Assembly (NCBI GenBank): GCA_047601445.1
Contig: JASGJH010000001.1
Coordinates: 2,880,001 to 2,944,000, forward strand
Origin: Myxococcales bacterium
Lineage (GTDB): Bacteria; Myxococcota_A; Polyangia; Polyangiales; DASUME01
Length of the DNA stretch: 64,000 nucleotides
Direction of reading: 5' to 3'
Below are positions 42,836 through 55,176 of the stretch, piece after piece (positions within the stretch are counted from its first letter, which is position 1; each line of letters starts with the position of its first letter). A program made the translations under genes and the position numbers. A model generated the notes under the pieces. The model was not told the origin of the DNA. It ran no database searches and saw nothing but the letters and a program-made list of their open reading frames with translations.

Positions 42836-43295
42836 ATGGGGCTAGCGCTCGGGGGTCGTCTTAACTTCGGCGATGGTGTGGTGGGCCCCGTGGGAACCAC
42901 GGACCTCGTGCTAGCCAAGCTCGATGCGTCCGGCAATCCGCTGTGGGTCGAGCGCTACAACGCCGACTCGTTTACGGGAACCTTCTCGTTGGCGGTATCC
43001 GCGGGTGGGTCGATCGTGCTCTACGGCAATTTCGGCAGGATCCATCACCTTCGGCGGGGATGCGCTCAGTGGAACCACCAACGCCGCGTACTTGGCCAAA
43101 TTCTCCGCGCTGGGGGCGTTCATCGGACAACACGAGATGACGATCGCCAACGCCGCCACCAATCTGTGGGCTGCCGCGGACCCGAGCGGTAGCACCCTGG
43201 TCTTCGTCGCAGGAAAGAACCTCGATCTCGGCAACGGCGCGATCCTCACTGGGCCCGCGGGCGGCATCGCGCTGGCGAAGCTGATCTGGCCCTGA
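42836..43295 (+). pseudogene. 5'-truncated, frameshifted fragment of a beta-propeller (SBBP-like) surface protein
   Basis: DLVLAKLDASGNPLW...YGNF / GSITFGG...AYLAKFS...IALAKL; only 2-3 blades, no signal peptide, frameshift at about 43035. Confidence 0.65.
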
Positions 43296-43528
43296 TGCCC
43301 GCCGGGCGGACTCGAGCGCGAACTCCTTGGCGCGCAGGGGCTCGCCATCGCCGCGTGCCGCACGGGCGCTTTCGGGTCCGCCCAGCCGGGTGCACTTCTT
43401 GACGCACGGGTGTTTATGCCCCGCGGGGAACCCTGGCTGGCCGACGGCCCCTGGTCGGAGCAAGACAGGGGTTGGGCTCGCGGATGAGGTGGAGGGCCTC
43501 CGAGGCCGCCCCGCCTGAGGCACCTGCG

Positions 43529-45772
43529 ATGACGTCCAAACCCGGCGCACTCTGTTCGCTCGTCGCTCGAAGGCTGGTCGAGGCTGCTCCTGCAAGTTGC
43601 CTGGATGAGGTGCTGGCGGTTTGCGCTCAGCACGGCTTTGTCAACGTCGAGGGGGATGGTCGGGGGCCTGCGTGGATCAGCCTGGAGTGCAAGGGTCGAG
43701 CGATCCGTCTGGGTGCGCCCGACGCGACGCCGGATGCGAGCACGCTCGAGTTACTGACCGAGCTTCTGAGGGCCGCCGCCGTGCGCACCCTCGATCACGA
43801 GGAGAGCGAGCGCATCCGCGAGCGCATGGAGATGCTCTCTGCAGCGTCCTTCGAAGGCATCATAATTCACGAGGCGGGCCTGGTCATCGACGTCAATCAA
43901 CGCTTCCTCGAGCTCTTCGGGTACAGCAAGGAGGAGGTGCTCGGTAAACCCGCGGTGCGACAGTTCGTGGCGCCCGAGGACCAAGCGAGCACGCAGGAAC
44001 GGGTCGCGCGGCGCATCGAGGGAACCTACCTCCTGACGGCAATGCGCAAGGACGGGTCGCGCTTTCTGGTCGAGGTGCAGACCAAACAGGCACGCCTGGG
44101 GACGCGACCGGTGCGGGTCGCAGCGTTGCAGGACGTGACGGAACGCGAGCGCCGAAATGAGTTGTTGCGCGAGAGCGAGCAGCGGCTGCGACACCTCGTG
44201 GAGGCTCGCTTCGACTTCGTGACCATCGCCCGCGACGGTGTGTTCATCGACGCTGGCGGCAACGTGGAGGCGGTGCTCGGCATCGCGCCTGAGCAATTGG
44301 TGGGACGCTCGATCTTGTCGGTGGTCGCGCCGGAGGAACAGGAGCGCTGGACCCCCATCGTCGAGCAAAACCGCCTGGGCGTGTTCGAGACCGTGGTGGT
44401 GTCGGCGAGCGGCGAAAAGGTGCCCGTGGAGGTCGTGGCGGTCCGTTCCTCCCTCGATGGCGAGCCCGTGCGTTTGAGTGGCGTCCACGATCTGCGCGAG
44501 GCCCGACGCCTGGAGCGCGAGCGTCAAGAGCTCAAGCTGCGCGTGGAGCGCGGGCAGCGCCTCGAAAGCCTCGGCCTGTTGGCGGGCGGCATCGCCCATG
44601 ACTTCAACAACCTGCTCGTGGGTGTGCTCGGCAATGCCGAGTTGCTCTGCGCACGGCTCACTCGACCGCAAGACCTCGCCTGCAGCGAGGCCATCCGTGT
44701 CGCCGGCGAGCGCGCGGCGAGCCTCACGAAGCAGTTGCTCACCTACGCGGGCAAGAGCGCGCCGCTGGAGCGGGAGCCCGTCGATCTGCACGCTCTCCTT
44801 CGCGAGCTGCGCTCCGCCCTGGATGCAACGCTCTCGAAGCGAGCGCAGCTGGAGCTGACCTTGGAGCCTGGTTGCCGCGTGATGGGCGAACGTGCAGCCC
44901 TTACCCAGGTCTTTCTCAATCTCTTGACCAACGCCTCGGACGCCCTGGCCGATCGCCCCGGCGTGATCGAGGTCTCCATGCGACGCGTGAAGAAACCAGG
45001 CCCGGAATGGCAGGATGCCCTCAGTGCGTCGAGTCGGTCCAAGCGCACGAGCGGGGAGCCCGAGCGCCCGAGCCAAGAGCTCGCTCAGCCGGGCGAATGG
45101 ATCCTGGTGCAGGTGGGGGATACGGGTTCGGGCATGGACGAAGCCACCGCGGCGCGCATGTTCGAGCCCTTCTTCTCCACCAAGGCCAAGGGGCACGGGC
45201 TGGGCCTCGCTGCGTGTCTGGGGATCGTCAGCGCGCACGGAGGGGTCATCCGCGTGGAGTCCGAGCTGGGCCACGGTACGCGTATCTCGTTGCTCTTGCC
45301 CGCGTTGGCTGCGCGAGCGGAGGAACGGCTAGTCGAGTCCCGCGTGCCACAGCCAGTCCCCTGCAAGATTCTGGTGGTGGACGACGACCCCCTCGTCCGC
45401 ACCAGCATCCGCTACTCGCTCGAGCCGCGCGGCTTCGTCATCGTGGAAGCGGCTGACGGCGAGGGCGCCCTCGATTGCTATCGGCAGGTGGCGGCAGATC
45501 TGCTGATCGTGGACTTCACCATGCCCGGAATCGACGGTGGGGAGCTGGTCCGTAGGCTGCGAGCTGCGGGACTCTCTACGCCCATCATCCTATCGTCCGG
45601 TCATCTCGAGAGTGCCCTGTTGCGCGGTCTGCCCACGACCGCCATTCAGGCGACCTTGCACAAGCCCTATGGCGTCAACGCGCTCCTCGAGGCCATTGCA
45701 CGCGCACGCGGCACCGCGGACGAGGAAGCAAGCGCAGGGCACGGAGTCACGGGCCCGCGCGATTCAGACTAG
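43529..45772 (+). CDS. PAS-PAS hybrid histidine kinase / receiver
   Basis: Two PAS domains, IAHDFNNLL, NLLTNA, FEPFFSTK, VVDDD...IVD...KP. Confidence 0.92.
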   Translation: MTSKPGALCSLVARRLVEAAPASCLDEVLAVCAQHGFVNVEGDGRGPAWISLECKGRAIRLGAPDATPDASTLELLTELLRAAAVRTLDHEESERIRERMEMLSAASFEGIIIHEAGLVIDVNQRFLELFGYSKEEVLGKPAVRQFVAPEDQASTQERVARRIEGTYLLTAMRKDGSRFLVEVQTKQARLGTRPVRVAALQDVTERERRNELLRESEQRLRHLVEARFDFVTIARDGVFIDAGGNVEAVLGIAPEQLVGRSILSVVAPEEQERWTPIVEQNRLGVFETVVVSASGEKVPVEVVAVRSSLDGEPVRLSGVHDLREARRLERERQELKLRVERGQRLESLGLLAGGIAHDFNNLLVGVLGNAELLCARLTRPQDLACSEAIRVAGERAASLTKQLLTYAGKSAPLEREPVDLHALLRELRSALDATLSKRAQLELTLEPGCRVMGERAALTQVFLNLLTNASDALADRPGVIEVSMRRVKKPGPEWQDALSASSRSKRTSGEPERPSQELAQPGEWILVQVGDTGSGMDEATAARMFEPFFSTKAKGHGLGLAACLGIVSAHGGVIRVESELGHGTRISLLLPALAARAEERLVESRVPQPVPCKILVVDDDPLVRTSIRYSLEPRGFVIVEAADGEGALDCYRQVAADLLIVDFTMPGIDGGELVRRLRAAGLSTPIILSSGHLESALLRGLPTTAIQATLHKPYGVNALLEAIARARGTADEEASAGHGVTGPRDSD

Positions 45773-46228
45773 GCCGAGTTTCCGGGCTTGCTCGAACATC
45801 GCCGCCTGCTGTTCCGGCGTCATGCCCTCGACCATCGCACGCACTGCGGCCAGCTGCTCGGGCCCCATCTGCTGCATCGCGGCCTGCGCTGCGGCAAAGA
45901 GCTGCTCCTGCGACATGCCGGCGAACATGGCGGGATCGAGGCCCGGGAAGCCGCCGGCAAATGGTGACGGCGACGGCGAAGGAGCGGGGGCCGGAGACGC
46001 GAGCGCCACCGGCGCGAAGATCACCTTCTCGGGCGTCTTTTCGTGCCCGATGCCGCGCTCCGCGAGCACCTGGAGCACCTTGTTGAAACTGAGCCCCTTG
46101 GCATCCGCGGACTCGTACATGCGCACGAGCGGGAAGGCGACGCGGCGCTCGGGATAGCCGTTCTTCGTGAGCTGCGCGACGACGCTGTCGACGAAGGCTG
46201 CGAGCGGGTCATTCGGAGAATCGGTCAT
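45764..46228 (-). CDS. Hypothetical protein with Met/Gln-rich helical C-terminus
   Basis: Host-like codon use, Pro linker, repeated GM(S/T)xEQ helices. Confidence 0.7.
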   Translation of the reverse strand: MTDSPNDPLAAFVDSVVAQLTKNGYPERRVAFPLVRMYESADAKGLSFNKVLQVLAERGIGHEKTPEKVIFAPVALASPAPAPSPSPSPFAGGFPGLDPAMFAGMSQEQLFAAAQAAMQQMGPEQLAAVRAMVEGMTPEQQAAMFEQARKLGLV

Positions 46229-46306
46229 GATCGATGCGACATAGCACGGGCGCTCGCGGCGTGGCGCCCCCGGCTCGCGAGCGTCGCTCATGCGCTCGAC
46301 GAAGGC

Positions 46307-46942
46307 TCACAGGAAGGGCGAGCCGGGCGCGCCCCTGCGGAGGATGGTGAAGGCCTCGTCGAGGGTGGCGAGAAACGCGGCGCGGACCTCCTGGGCACTA
46401 TCGCCCGCCCGCTGTCGACGTAGGGCCGTGGTGTAGGCGACGCGCCAGGCGGCGGTCAGCATGCTTGCGATCAGGCGCGCGCTGGGCTCCTTGCGGCCGA
46501 TGCTGTTCTGCAAGAGCTCGGTCAGGCCGGTCTCGAGTTCGTCGCGCATCTCTCTCGCGCGCGCCCGCAGGGCAGGACTCTCTTTCACGGTACGCCAAAA
46601 GGCGCCGACCCCAGCGGTGAACTTGGCCTGGATTTGGCGTTCATCGACCATGCGGTGCGCCAGCATTTGAAGCGCAGCGATGGGCGACACATTCGCCGCG
46701 CGCTCGCGCAGGGCCTGCTCCACCAGCGCCAGGTCCGACACGCCGCGGTCGAAGTACAGGTCCTCCTTGCGCGCGAAGTAGTTGAAGACCGTCATCTTGG
46801 ACACGTTGGCTGCCGACGCAATCTCGCTCACCGAGACGTTCTCGAAGCCGCGTTCCTGGAACAGGCGTGTGGCCACGTCCGAGATCGCTTGGCGGGTCTC
46901 GCGCTTCTTGCGCTCGCGTAGGCCTTCGTCGTCGCTGGTCAT
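46307..46942 (-). CDS. TetR-family regulator
   Basis: LRERKKRETR, VSEIASAANVSKMTVFNYFARKEDL. Confidence 0.93.
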   Translation of the reverse strand: MTSDDEGLRERKKRETRQAISDVATRLFQERGFENVSVSEIASAANVSKMTVFNYFARKEDLYFDRGVSDLALVEQALRERAANVSPIAALQMLAHRMVDERQIQAKFTAGVGAFWRTVKESPALRARAREMRDELETGLTELLQNSIGRKEPSARLIASMLTAAWRVAYTTALRRQRAGDSAQEVRAAFLATLDEAFTILRRGAPGSPFL

Positions 46943-46952
46943 CCTGAGCACA

Positions 46953-46993
46953 AGTTTAGACCGAGATTTAATTTGTACCCGGTAAAAGTTTAA
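46953..46993. promoter_or_regulatory. AT-rich divergent promoter with probable TetR operator
   Basis: Imperfect palindrome TTGTACC-C-GGTAAAA at 46973-46987 between divergent tetR and monooxygenase. Confidence 0.55.
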
Positions 46994-47007
46994 GTCAGGC
47001 TCGATGC

Positions 47008-48480
47008 ATGACGGAATCAGTCGTGATCATCGGCGCGGGCCCAGTCGGCCTCTGTTTGGCCATCGAGCTCGCCCTGGCTGGGGTGCGCCCGCTCGTGCTG
47101 GAACGGCTCGAGCAGCCGGACGAGACGGTGAAGGCTGGTATGATCAGCCCCTTGGCCGGCGAAGCCCTCGAGCGTCGCGGCTTCGCAGACGCAATCGCCA
47201 CCGCGGAATCGGCGATGGCGGCGGCCATGCGAGAGATGCTGCGCGATCGCCCTGGTGTACCGCTCGACAACCCATGGCGCCGCCTGGGCGGACACTTCGC
47301 CGGCCTGTTCCTGATCGACCAGACGCGTCAGCGGACCCCCGAACGCAGGATGCGGGGCGTCAAGCAGAGCGCGCTCGAGGCGATGCTGCAGGAGCGCGTG
47401 CGAACGCTGGGCATCGAGGTGCGGCGCGGTGAAGAGTTGCTCGACTTCACACAACACGAGCGCGGCGTCGCGCTGCAAGTTCGGAATGCGGGTGGCCTCT
47501 ACGCGCTCGAGACAAGGTACCTGGCAGGGTGCGACGGTGGACGCAGCCAGGTGCGCAAGCAGGCCGGGGTCGCGTTCGTCGGCACGGACCCGACGCTCAC
47601 GGGCTATCAGGCCATCGTGGAGCTCGACCATCCCGAGCGCCTGTCGCGAGGTTGGCGCCGTACGGAGAACGGGATGATGTCTCACGGCCCGACGCCCGGA
47701 CGCCTCATCCTCGTGCGCTTCGACGGCCCGCCTCCGCCGCGCGACGTGCCGATCATGCGCGACGAAGTGGAGCAAGCTCTACGCTCCATCAGCGGAGCAG
47801 ACGTGCGCATCGAGCGTCTGCACGAGGCCACACGCTGGTCCGACAACACGCGCCAGGCGACCACCTACCGCGTGGACCGAGTGTTCCTCGCAGGCGATGC
47901 GGCGCACGTGCACTCGCCGTTTGGCGGTCAGGGCCTGGGTCTCGGGCTGCTCGATGCGGTCAATCTCGGCTGGAAGCTGGCCGCCGCCGTGCGAGGCGAA
48001 GCGCCAGCCGACCTGCTCGACAGCTACACGGCGGAACGTCACCCCATCGCAGCGCGCGTGCTGGCGAACACGCGCGCGCAAACCGCGCTGATGCGTCCCG
48101 ACGCGCAGACCTCTGCACTTCGCGACATCGTCTCCGAGATCATGAGCAGTGATTGGGGCAATCGCTTCTTCGGCGAGCTGATCAGCGGCGTGTCCATCCG
48201 CTACGACCTGGGCACCGAGCAGCCCGAGGTCGGCACCATCACGCCCGATCGCAGAATCGAAGGGGAGTCCATCTCGTCGCTGATGCGCGAGGGCGGTGCG
48301 CTGCTGCTCGACGGCAGCGGCAAGGCCAGCGAGCTCGCCGCGCCGTGGCGGTCCAAGGTCCGTTGCGTGCACACCCAGGGGACTTCGCAGCTAATTCGTC
48401 CCGATGGCTGCATCGCGTGGATGGGCGCCGGAACCGAAGGGCTCGAGGCCGCGCTGAGCCGCTGGTTCGGCGCTCCCTGA
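47008..48480 (+). CDS. FAD-dependent monooxygenase (group A aromatic hydroxylase)
   Basis: IGAGPVG, GCDGGRS, LAGDAAHVHSPFGGQGL, NLGWKLA, LIRPDG. Confidence 0.93.
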   Translation: MTESVVIIGAGPVGLCLAIELALAGVRPLVLERLEQPDETVKAGMISPLAGEALERRGFADAIATAESAMAAAMREMLRDRPGVPLDNPWRRLGGHFAGLFLIDQTRQRTPERRMRGVKQSALEAMLQERVRTLGIEVRRGEELLDFTQHERGVALQVRNAGGLYALETRYLAGCDGGRSQVRKQAGVAFVGTDPTLTGYQAIVELDHPERLSRGWRRTENGMMSHGPTPGRLILVRFDGPPPPRDVPIMRDEVEQALRSISGADVRIERLHEATRWSDNTRQATTYRVDRVFLAGDAAHVHSPFGGQGLGLGLLDAVNLGWKLAAAVRGEAPADLLDSYTAERHPIAARVLANTRAQTALMRPDAQTSALRDIVSEIMSSDWGNRFFGELISGVSIRYDLGTEQPEVGTITPDRRIEGESISSLMREGGALLLDGSGKASELAAPWRSKVRCVHTQGTSQLIRPDGCIAWMGAGTEGLEAALSRWFGAP

Positions 48481-48565
48481 GCGCGCCCGTTGACTTCCGA
48501 CGGCCTCAGTGTTAGCCCTGCCCCACCCTTGGCGTGATCCACACGGTCGCACGCAGGCAGGCGTC

Positions 48566-49956
48566 GTGAAGAACGGCAGCAGCAAGCAAGACGCGGCCCA
48601 GCAGCGAACATCGCCAGCCCGCCGTACGGAAGACGGCTCCGAGGATCCCTCCCCGCTCCATCTGGTCGCCTTGGCTGGCACGCCGGAACGGGTCGAGCTC
48701 GAGCCGCGGCGCGTGCTGTTCGGGCGTGGCGCCGACTGCGACGTGGTGCTGCCTGGAACCGAGGCCTCTCGCCACCACGCAGAGGTCCTGCGCGCGGGGC
48801 CGGTCTTCGCGCTGCGCGATCTCGGGAGCACCAACGGCACATTCTTGAACGCAGTTCGAGTACGCGAGGCGGAGTTGCTGCCCGCCGGCCTCGTGCGCAT
48901 GGGCGATTGGATCGCCGTGGCGCGGCGCTGCGGAGCAGTTTGCGACCACACCTTCCGCGCCCACGGGCCAGGCCTGTGGGGAGGCGCCGCGATGGCAGCG
49001 GCGCTCGGTCTCGCGCGCAGCGCGGCAGCCAGTGATCTGCCCGTCATCCTGGAGGGCGAGACCGGCACCGGGAAAGAGGTGGTGGCGCGGGCCGTCCACG
49101 CGTGGAGCGGTCGAACGGGCCCCTTCGTCGCGGTGAACTGCGCGGCCTTGCCCGAGACCCTGGCCGAAGGCGAGCTCTTCGGGCATCGGCGGGGTGCTTT
49201 CACAGGGGCCGAGCGCGCGAACGCGGGCTATTTCCGCGCGGCCCACGGCGGCACGCTCTTGCTTGATGAGATTCGCGATCTGCCCCTCGCGCTGCAGGTG
49301 AAGTTGCTGCGCGTACTCGAGCAGCGCGAGGTGACCCCGCTGGGGCAAACCCAACCGGTCCCGATCGACGTGCGGGTGGTGGCCGCCGCGCAGGAGCCCC
49401 TACAGAAGGCCGTGGAGCAGCGGCGTTTTCGCGCGGACCTCTACGCGCGACTCGACGGGCTCACCGTGCATTTGCCGCCGCTGCGGGAGCGCATCGAGGA
49501 CGTGCCGGGTCTGCTAGGGCGCTTCTTTGCGGACCTGGGCATGAACCGCCCCCCTGTGCTGACCGCCAATGCGCTCGAGACCCTCGCGCTCTACGACTGG
49601 CCCTTCAACGTGCGGGAGCTGCGCTTCCTGGCGCAGCGTCTGGCCATCTCGCTGGGTGAGCGCGTCGAGATCCATCGACGGGATCTGCCCGAGCGCATGC
49701 AGTCCGCACGACCGCGCGCGACAAGCGCTGGCCAGGCGGCACCTCCACGCAATACGCCCCCGCACACTAAGGAGAGCGACCTCGATCGCTTTCTCGCGGA
49801 GCTTCGCGCCCACGGCGGCAACGTGTCGCGTGCCGCGCGGGCGGCAGGCATCTCGCGCATGCGCGCTTATCGGTTGATGAACGCCACGCCGGGCATCGAC
49901 ATGGCGGCCTTGCGCGCAGGGAACGACGACGAACCCGAGTCGAACTCGGAGACGCC

Positions 49957-49960
<4 letters not shown>
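48566..49960 (+). CDS. FHA-domain sigma54-dependent activator
   Basis: FHA GR...SRHHA...DLGSTNGT; GETGTGKE, GAFTGA, LLLDEI, Fis-type HTH. Confidence 0.93.
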
Positions 49961-51489
<1,529 letters not shown>

Positions 51490-51493
<4 letters not shown>

Positions 51494-52596
51494 GCCTCGA
51501 AGTCTCCAAGCTGCACGGCAGGGGACGTCTCCTCGCCATCTTGCTGTGTCTGGGCTGCCTCGCGATCGCTCAACGCACGCGCGCGGACGCGGTATCGGTT
51601 GAGGACATGGCACGGGCGAGCGAACACTTCGACCGCGGCAACGGGTTCGTCGAAGGCGGCAATTTCGCGGCGGCAGCCGTGGAATTCGAGCAAGCGCACG
51701 CGCTCAGTCACGACGATGCCGTACTGCACAACCTCGGCATGGCGTACATCGTCCTGTATCGGCCGCTGGAGGCGATCAGCGCCCTCTCGCGCTACCTCGA
51801 ACACGAAGGCGAGCGACTCTCCCCCGACGAGCGGGAGTCTCTGGTCCGCCTGATTGCAGAGCAGAAGCAGCGCACCGGAACCCTCTCCTTGCAAGTCGAG
51901 CCGAGCGCTGCCCAGGTCAGGCTCGACGGTCGCGATCTCGGCGCAAGTCCGCTCGCCCCCATCACGCTCGCGCTGGGTGCGCACCAGCTGGAGGTGTCCT
52001 GCGCGGGTCACGTACGCGAGCTGCGGACGCTCGTACTCACGGAAGCACAGACGGATCTCAAGGTCACACTGCGTGCCGAATCGTTCGCAGCGCCATTGGA
52101 CGCTGCCAGCGTGGCGCCGCAGCCGACCCCTGAGCCGGCTCTCGTTCCGGCCGCGAAGAAACCAGCGAGCGCCCAGGCGCAGGCGCGAGCCTCCCAACAG
52201 GACGCACGGCTCCAGCGCACGGGCATCGTCACGCTGGCCGCGGGCGTCGGGGCGGGCGTGGCAGCGCTCACCGTCTACCTGATCTCGAACGGCCGCTTCG
52301 ACACCTGGCAAAAGCAGCAGCACCAGATCGACGCGCTCGCCCATGCCGCGGGGCAGATGCCTGCCAATGCCTCCGTCGACGATCCCCTCGTGGCGATGCA
52401 GAAGGACAACGACAACCTACTGCGCTCGGTGTGGCGCATGGATCATGCTGCCGTGGCCCTGAGCATCCTCGGCGGAGGCCTGGCGTTGAGCGGATCCATG
52501 CTGCTTTGGAAGACCAAGCGGCGTCGTGACGCACGGTCGCTCACGTTGCGGGTGGCGCCCATGGGCACTCGTCTCGCGATTCGCGCACATTTTTAG
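51490..52596 (+). CDS. Exported TPR + PEGA domain protein
   Basis: Signal peptide, TPR helices (HFDRG...LHNLGM), PEGA (VEPSAAQVRLDG...GAHQLEV), two hydrophobic helices, terminal Phe. Confidence 0.85.
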
Positions 52597-52612
52597 GGCA
52601 AGGAAGGTCGCT

Positions 52613-54211
52613 GTGAGTCGGTCCGCGGTCGCATGGATGGAGAGGAAGTCAGGCTGGGCAGCCGTAACCCACGCCGTCATGCTCGCATTCTCGAGCGCGT
52701 GCCACGGCGGGGAACTCGGCGGAAACTACGACCTGCGCTGCCTTCGCTCCTCCGACTGCCGAGCCGACTCGGACCCCCTGGATCTCGACGCGGACGTCGC
52801 GCCAGACGGCGCGAATGGTCAGCACGCAGGAGATGGCGGCGAGCCCCCGGACGGCGACACTCCCGACCGAGGAGACGGCGATGGCGACGCCATGAACTCG
52901 GGAGCTCTCCCGGATGCTGGTGACAACGCCGCGGGTGATGCCGGGAAGGATGCTGGAGACGAGCTTCCCTACGTGTGGCCGGAGCTCCCCGACGGCGGGC
53001 TGCTCGAGTCCCTCATCGAGTACGTGGCGCCTCGCGTGGTGTTCGTGGATCAAACCCCGCGCATCCGAGTCTTTGGGACCTTGCTGTTGTCTGGTGACGG
53101 CTTCCCCGTGTACGTGGATGACAAAATCCAGGGAGCCTTCAAGGCCATCGACGACTCCGAGGGTTGGTTCCAACTCTCGTCCAAGCTCGCCGAGGGAGAG
53201 CACTTCGTGCAAGTGGGTGCACGCGCCGGCGCCCAGCGCCCCGGCGCTCGCCTGGTCGCGGCCAAGCGCATGCAATACGAGAACGCGGACGTCACCATCA
53301 CGCAGCCGCCAAGGTCCTTGGTATACGCCCCGGAGCACCGCGCGTTCTTCTTCGTGTTCTACACGGACGCGACGGACTATGTCCTTGCGCGCTTGCGCTT
53401 CGACGGCGTGCGCTGGCGTTACGATGAGCTCGACGTGCCCAAGCCCATCTCGATCGCCGTGGCCGCGGATGGACGGGAATTGCTCGTGCTCAATGCCAAT
53501 GCAGCGATCCTGCACGTGGACCCCGCCGCCTTCACGCTGACGTCGACCGAGCTCATCTCGTCCACCAGTATCTACGGCACGAGCTTCGGCGAGATCTACG
53601 CGCTGGCCGACGGCCAAGTGCTGCTGCGTGACCGCGACGCCCTTCGCGAATACCCGTCCCTCGACGCGATGCAGGTCATCTATGCCAGCACGCCCACCGG
53701 CTACTTGTCTCAGGACCAGACTCGCTTGCTATGGGCCGACTCCGACCAACAGTCGAATGCGGGCAAGGTCTACTCCTATGAAGCGGGAGCATCCCACGCC
53801 TTCACGCAAGCCCGCTTTCTCGGCGGCGCGAACAACGGGGTTTCAATCAGCGGCGACGGCAGGCGGGCTAGCCAGGCCGGCGATATCTACGATGGGGATT
53901 TGAACTACGAGGCCGCACTCGCAGGCGCAGGCTCTACGGGTTCCGTCGTCTTGTCGGGCAACGGCCAGATCGCGCTGGGTTACAACTGGAGCCAAAAGGC
54001 ACTGCAGACCTACGACTTGAGCGGCTCCGTGCACCCATTTCCGGCGCTCGGTCAGCCGTTGCAGCTCTTCAAGGACAACAACGGCAACCTCCTTCAGATG
54101 ATGCTGGATGAGAACGGCAGCACGGCCTTCCTGTTCTCCTATCACTACACGACCGTGGGTCCGAGCCAGACGGACTTTTACTTCCAGGTGCGCAAGCTCC
54201 CCGCTCCCTAG
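52613..54211 (+). CDS. Lipoprotein with acidic linker, Ig/IPT-like domain and beta-propeller
   Basis: FSSAC lipobox, CxxxxxC, DAG linker, YVAPRV, blades AVAADG, ISGDG, LSGNG. Start uncertain. Confidence 0.75.
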   Translation: MSRSAVAWMERKSGWAAVTHAVMLAFSSACHGGELGGNYDLRCLRSSDCRADSDPLDLDADVAPDGANGQHAGDGGEPPDGDTPDRGDGDGDAMNSGALPDAGDNAAGDAGKDAGDELPYVWPELPDGGLLESLIEYVAPRVVFVDQTPRIRVFGTLLLSGDGFPVYVDDKIQGAFKAIDDSEGWFQLSSKLAEGEHFVQVGARAGAQRPGARLVAAKRMQYENADVTITQPPRSLVYAPEHRAFFFVFYTDATDYVLARLRFDGVRWRYDELDVPKPISIAVAADGRELLVLNANAAILHVDPAAFTLTSTELISSTSIYGTSFGEIYALADGQVLLRDRDALREYPSLDAMQVIYASTPTGYLSQDQTRLLWADSDQQSNAGKVYSYEAGASHAFTQARFLGGANNGVSISGDGRRASQAGDIYDGDLNYEAALAGAGSTGSVVLSGNGQIALGYNWSQKALQTYDLSGSVHPFPALGQPLQLFKDNNGNLLQMMLDENGSTAFLFSYHYTTVGPSQTDFYFQVRKLPAP

Positions 54212-54399
54212 GCGCCCGCCCGTGAGTGTTCGCGTGCTGTTACAGCGAACGTTCGCTGGGGCCAAGCGAACACTCGCTCAGCGCGCCCGCAGTGGGTGAA
54301 TTGCGTGTTTTTCGGCGTTCCCGCCTTGGCTCACGTCTTGCTCTGGCCCCCTACGCTGCGCGCCCCAAGTCGGGGCGTCCGCGGTCAGGAGCCTCGATC

Positions 54400-55176
54400 G
54401 TGCCGTCAGTCCTTTGTCCGCCGCCGGAGCGCACGCTCGCGCTTCGGCGGAGCGTCTCGTGCGCCTTCTTCATGACCGTCGCCCATCTCTTGCTCGCTCC
54501 CTCCGCAGTGCGCGCCGAGGCGACCACCGCGGAGGGGACACCGGCTTGCGCCGCGGGGCAAGTCTGCGCTGGCGAGAAGACGCCGGTGGTCACCGGCTTT
54601 TTTCTGGGCATCGACGCCGGATACACCTGGGTCGACACAGGGCCGGCCCGCCGCGTCTCCATCGGTAGAGGAGTGCCGTTCGTTGGCCGCATCAGCCTGG
54701 AGTTCTGGGACCAAGCGGTGATCGGGCTGAGCGTGGGGGCGCAGCTCTTCAAGGACCTCGCCCCCACCTCGGAGCAGGTCGTGGATTGTCAGCGCGTGAA
54801 CGGTGTCGTCGTCGACTGCGACGACGAGCCGCATGCTCAGCAATCGGGCGTGCATGGCCCGTTGATGATGTTCGAGGGCGGATGGCAGCCGCAGATCAGG
54901 TTGAGCCGCGCCACCCTGCTGGCGCCGGGTCCCGTGTTCGGATACCTGCACACGTTCGGCGGAATCCGCCGCGAGGTGGCCTGTGACGGCTGTCCGAAAG
55001 GAGACCGCCTCGACTTCGATGCGAGCGGTCCCTACCTGGGTGGCTCGCTGCAGTTCAGTCTCGTGCGGAGCATGGGATTCGCCGTCGCGCTGCGCTCGCT
55101 GTGGTTCTTCGCGAGCGACCTGCATCAGATGACCACCCTGGGCTTCGGCTTCTTTGCTCACGAGGACACGCCATGA
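54400..55176 (+). CDS. Exported beta-barrel-like protein with Cys-paired loops
   Basis: AGGAG before GTG 54400, signal ending AVRA, amphipathic strands, CDGC. Confidence 0.65.
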   Translation: MPSVLCPPPERTLALRRSVSCAFFMTVAHLLLAPSAVRAEATTAEGTPACAAGQVCAGEKTPVVTGFFLGIDAGYTWVDTGPARRVSIGRGVPFVGRISLEFWDQAVIGLSVGAQLFKDLAPTSEQVVDCQRVNGVVVDCDDEPHAQQSGVHGPLMMFEGGWQPQIRLSRATLLAPGPVFGYLHTFGGIRREVACDGCPKGDRLDFDASGPYLGGSLQFSLVRSMGFAVALRSLWFFASDLHQMTTLGFGFFAHEDTP

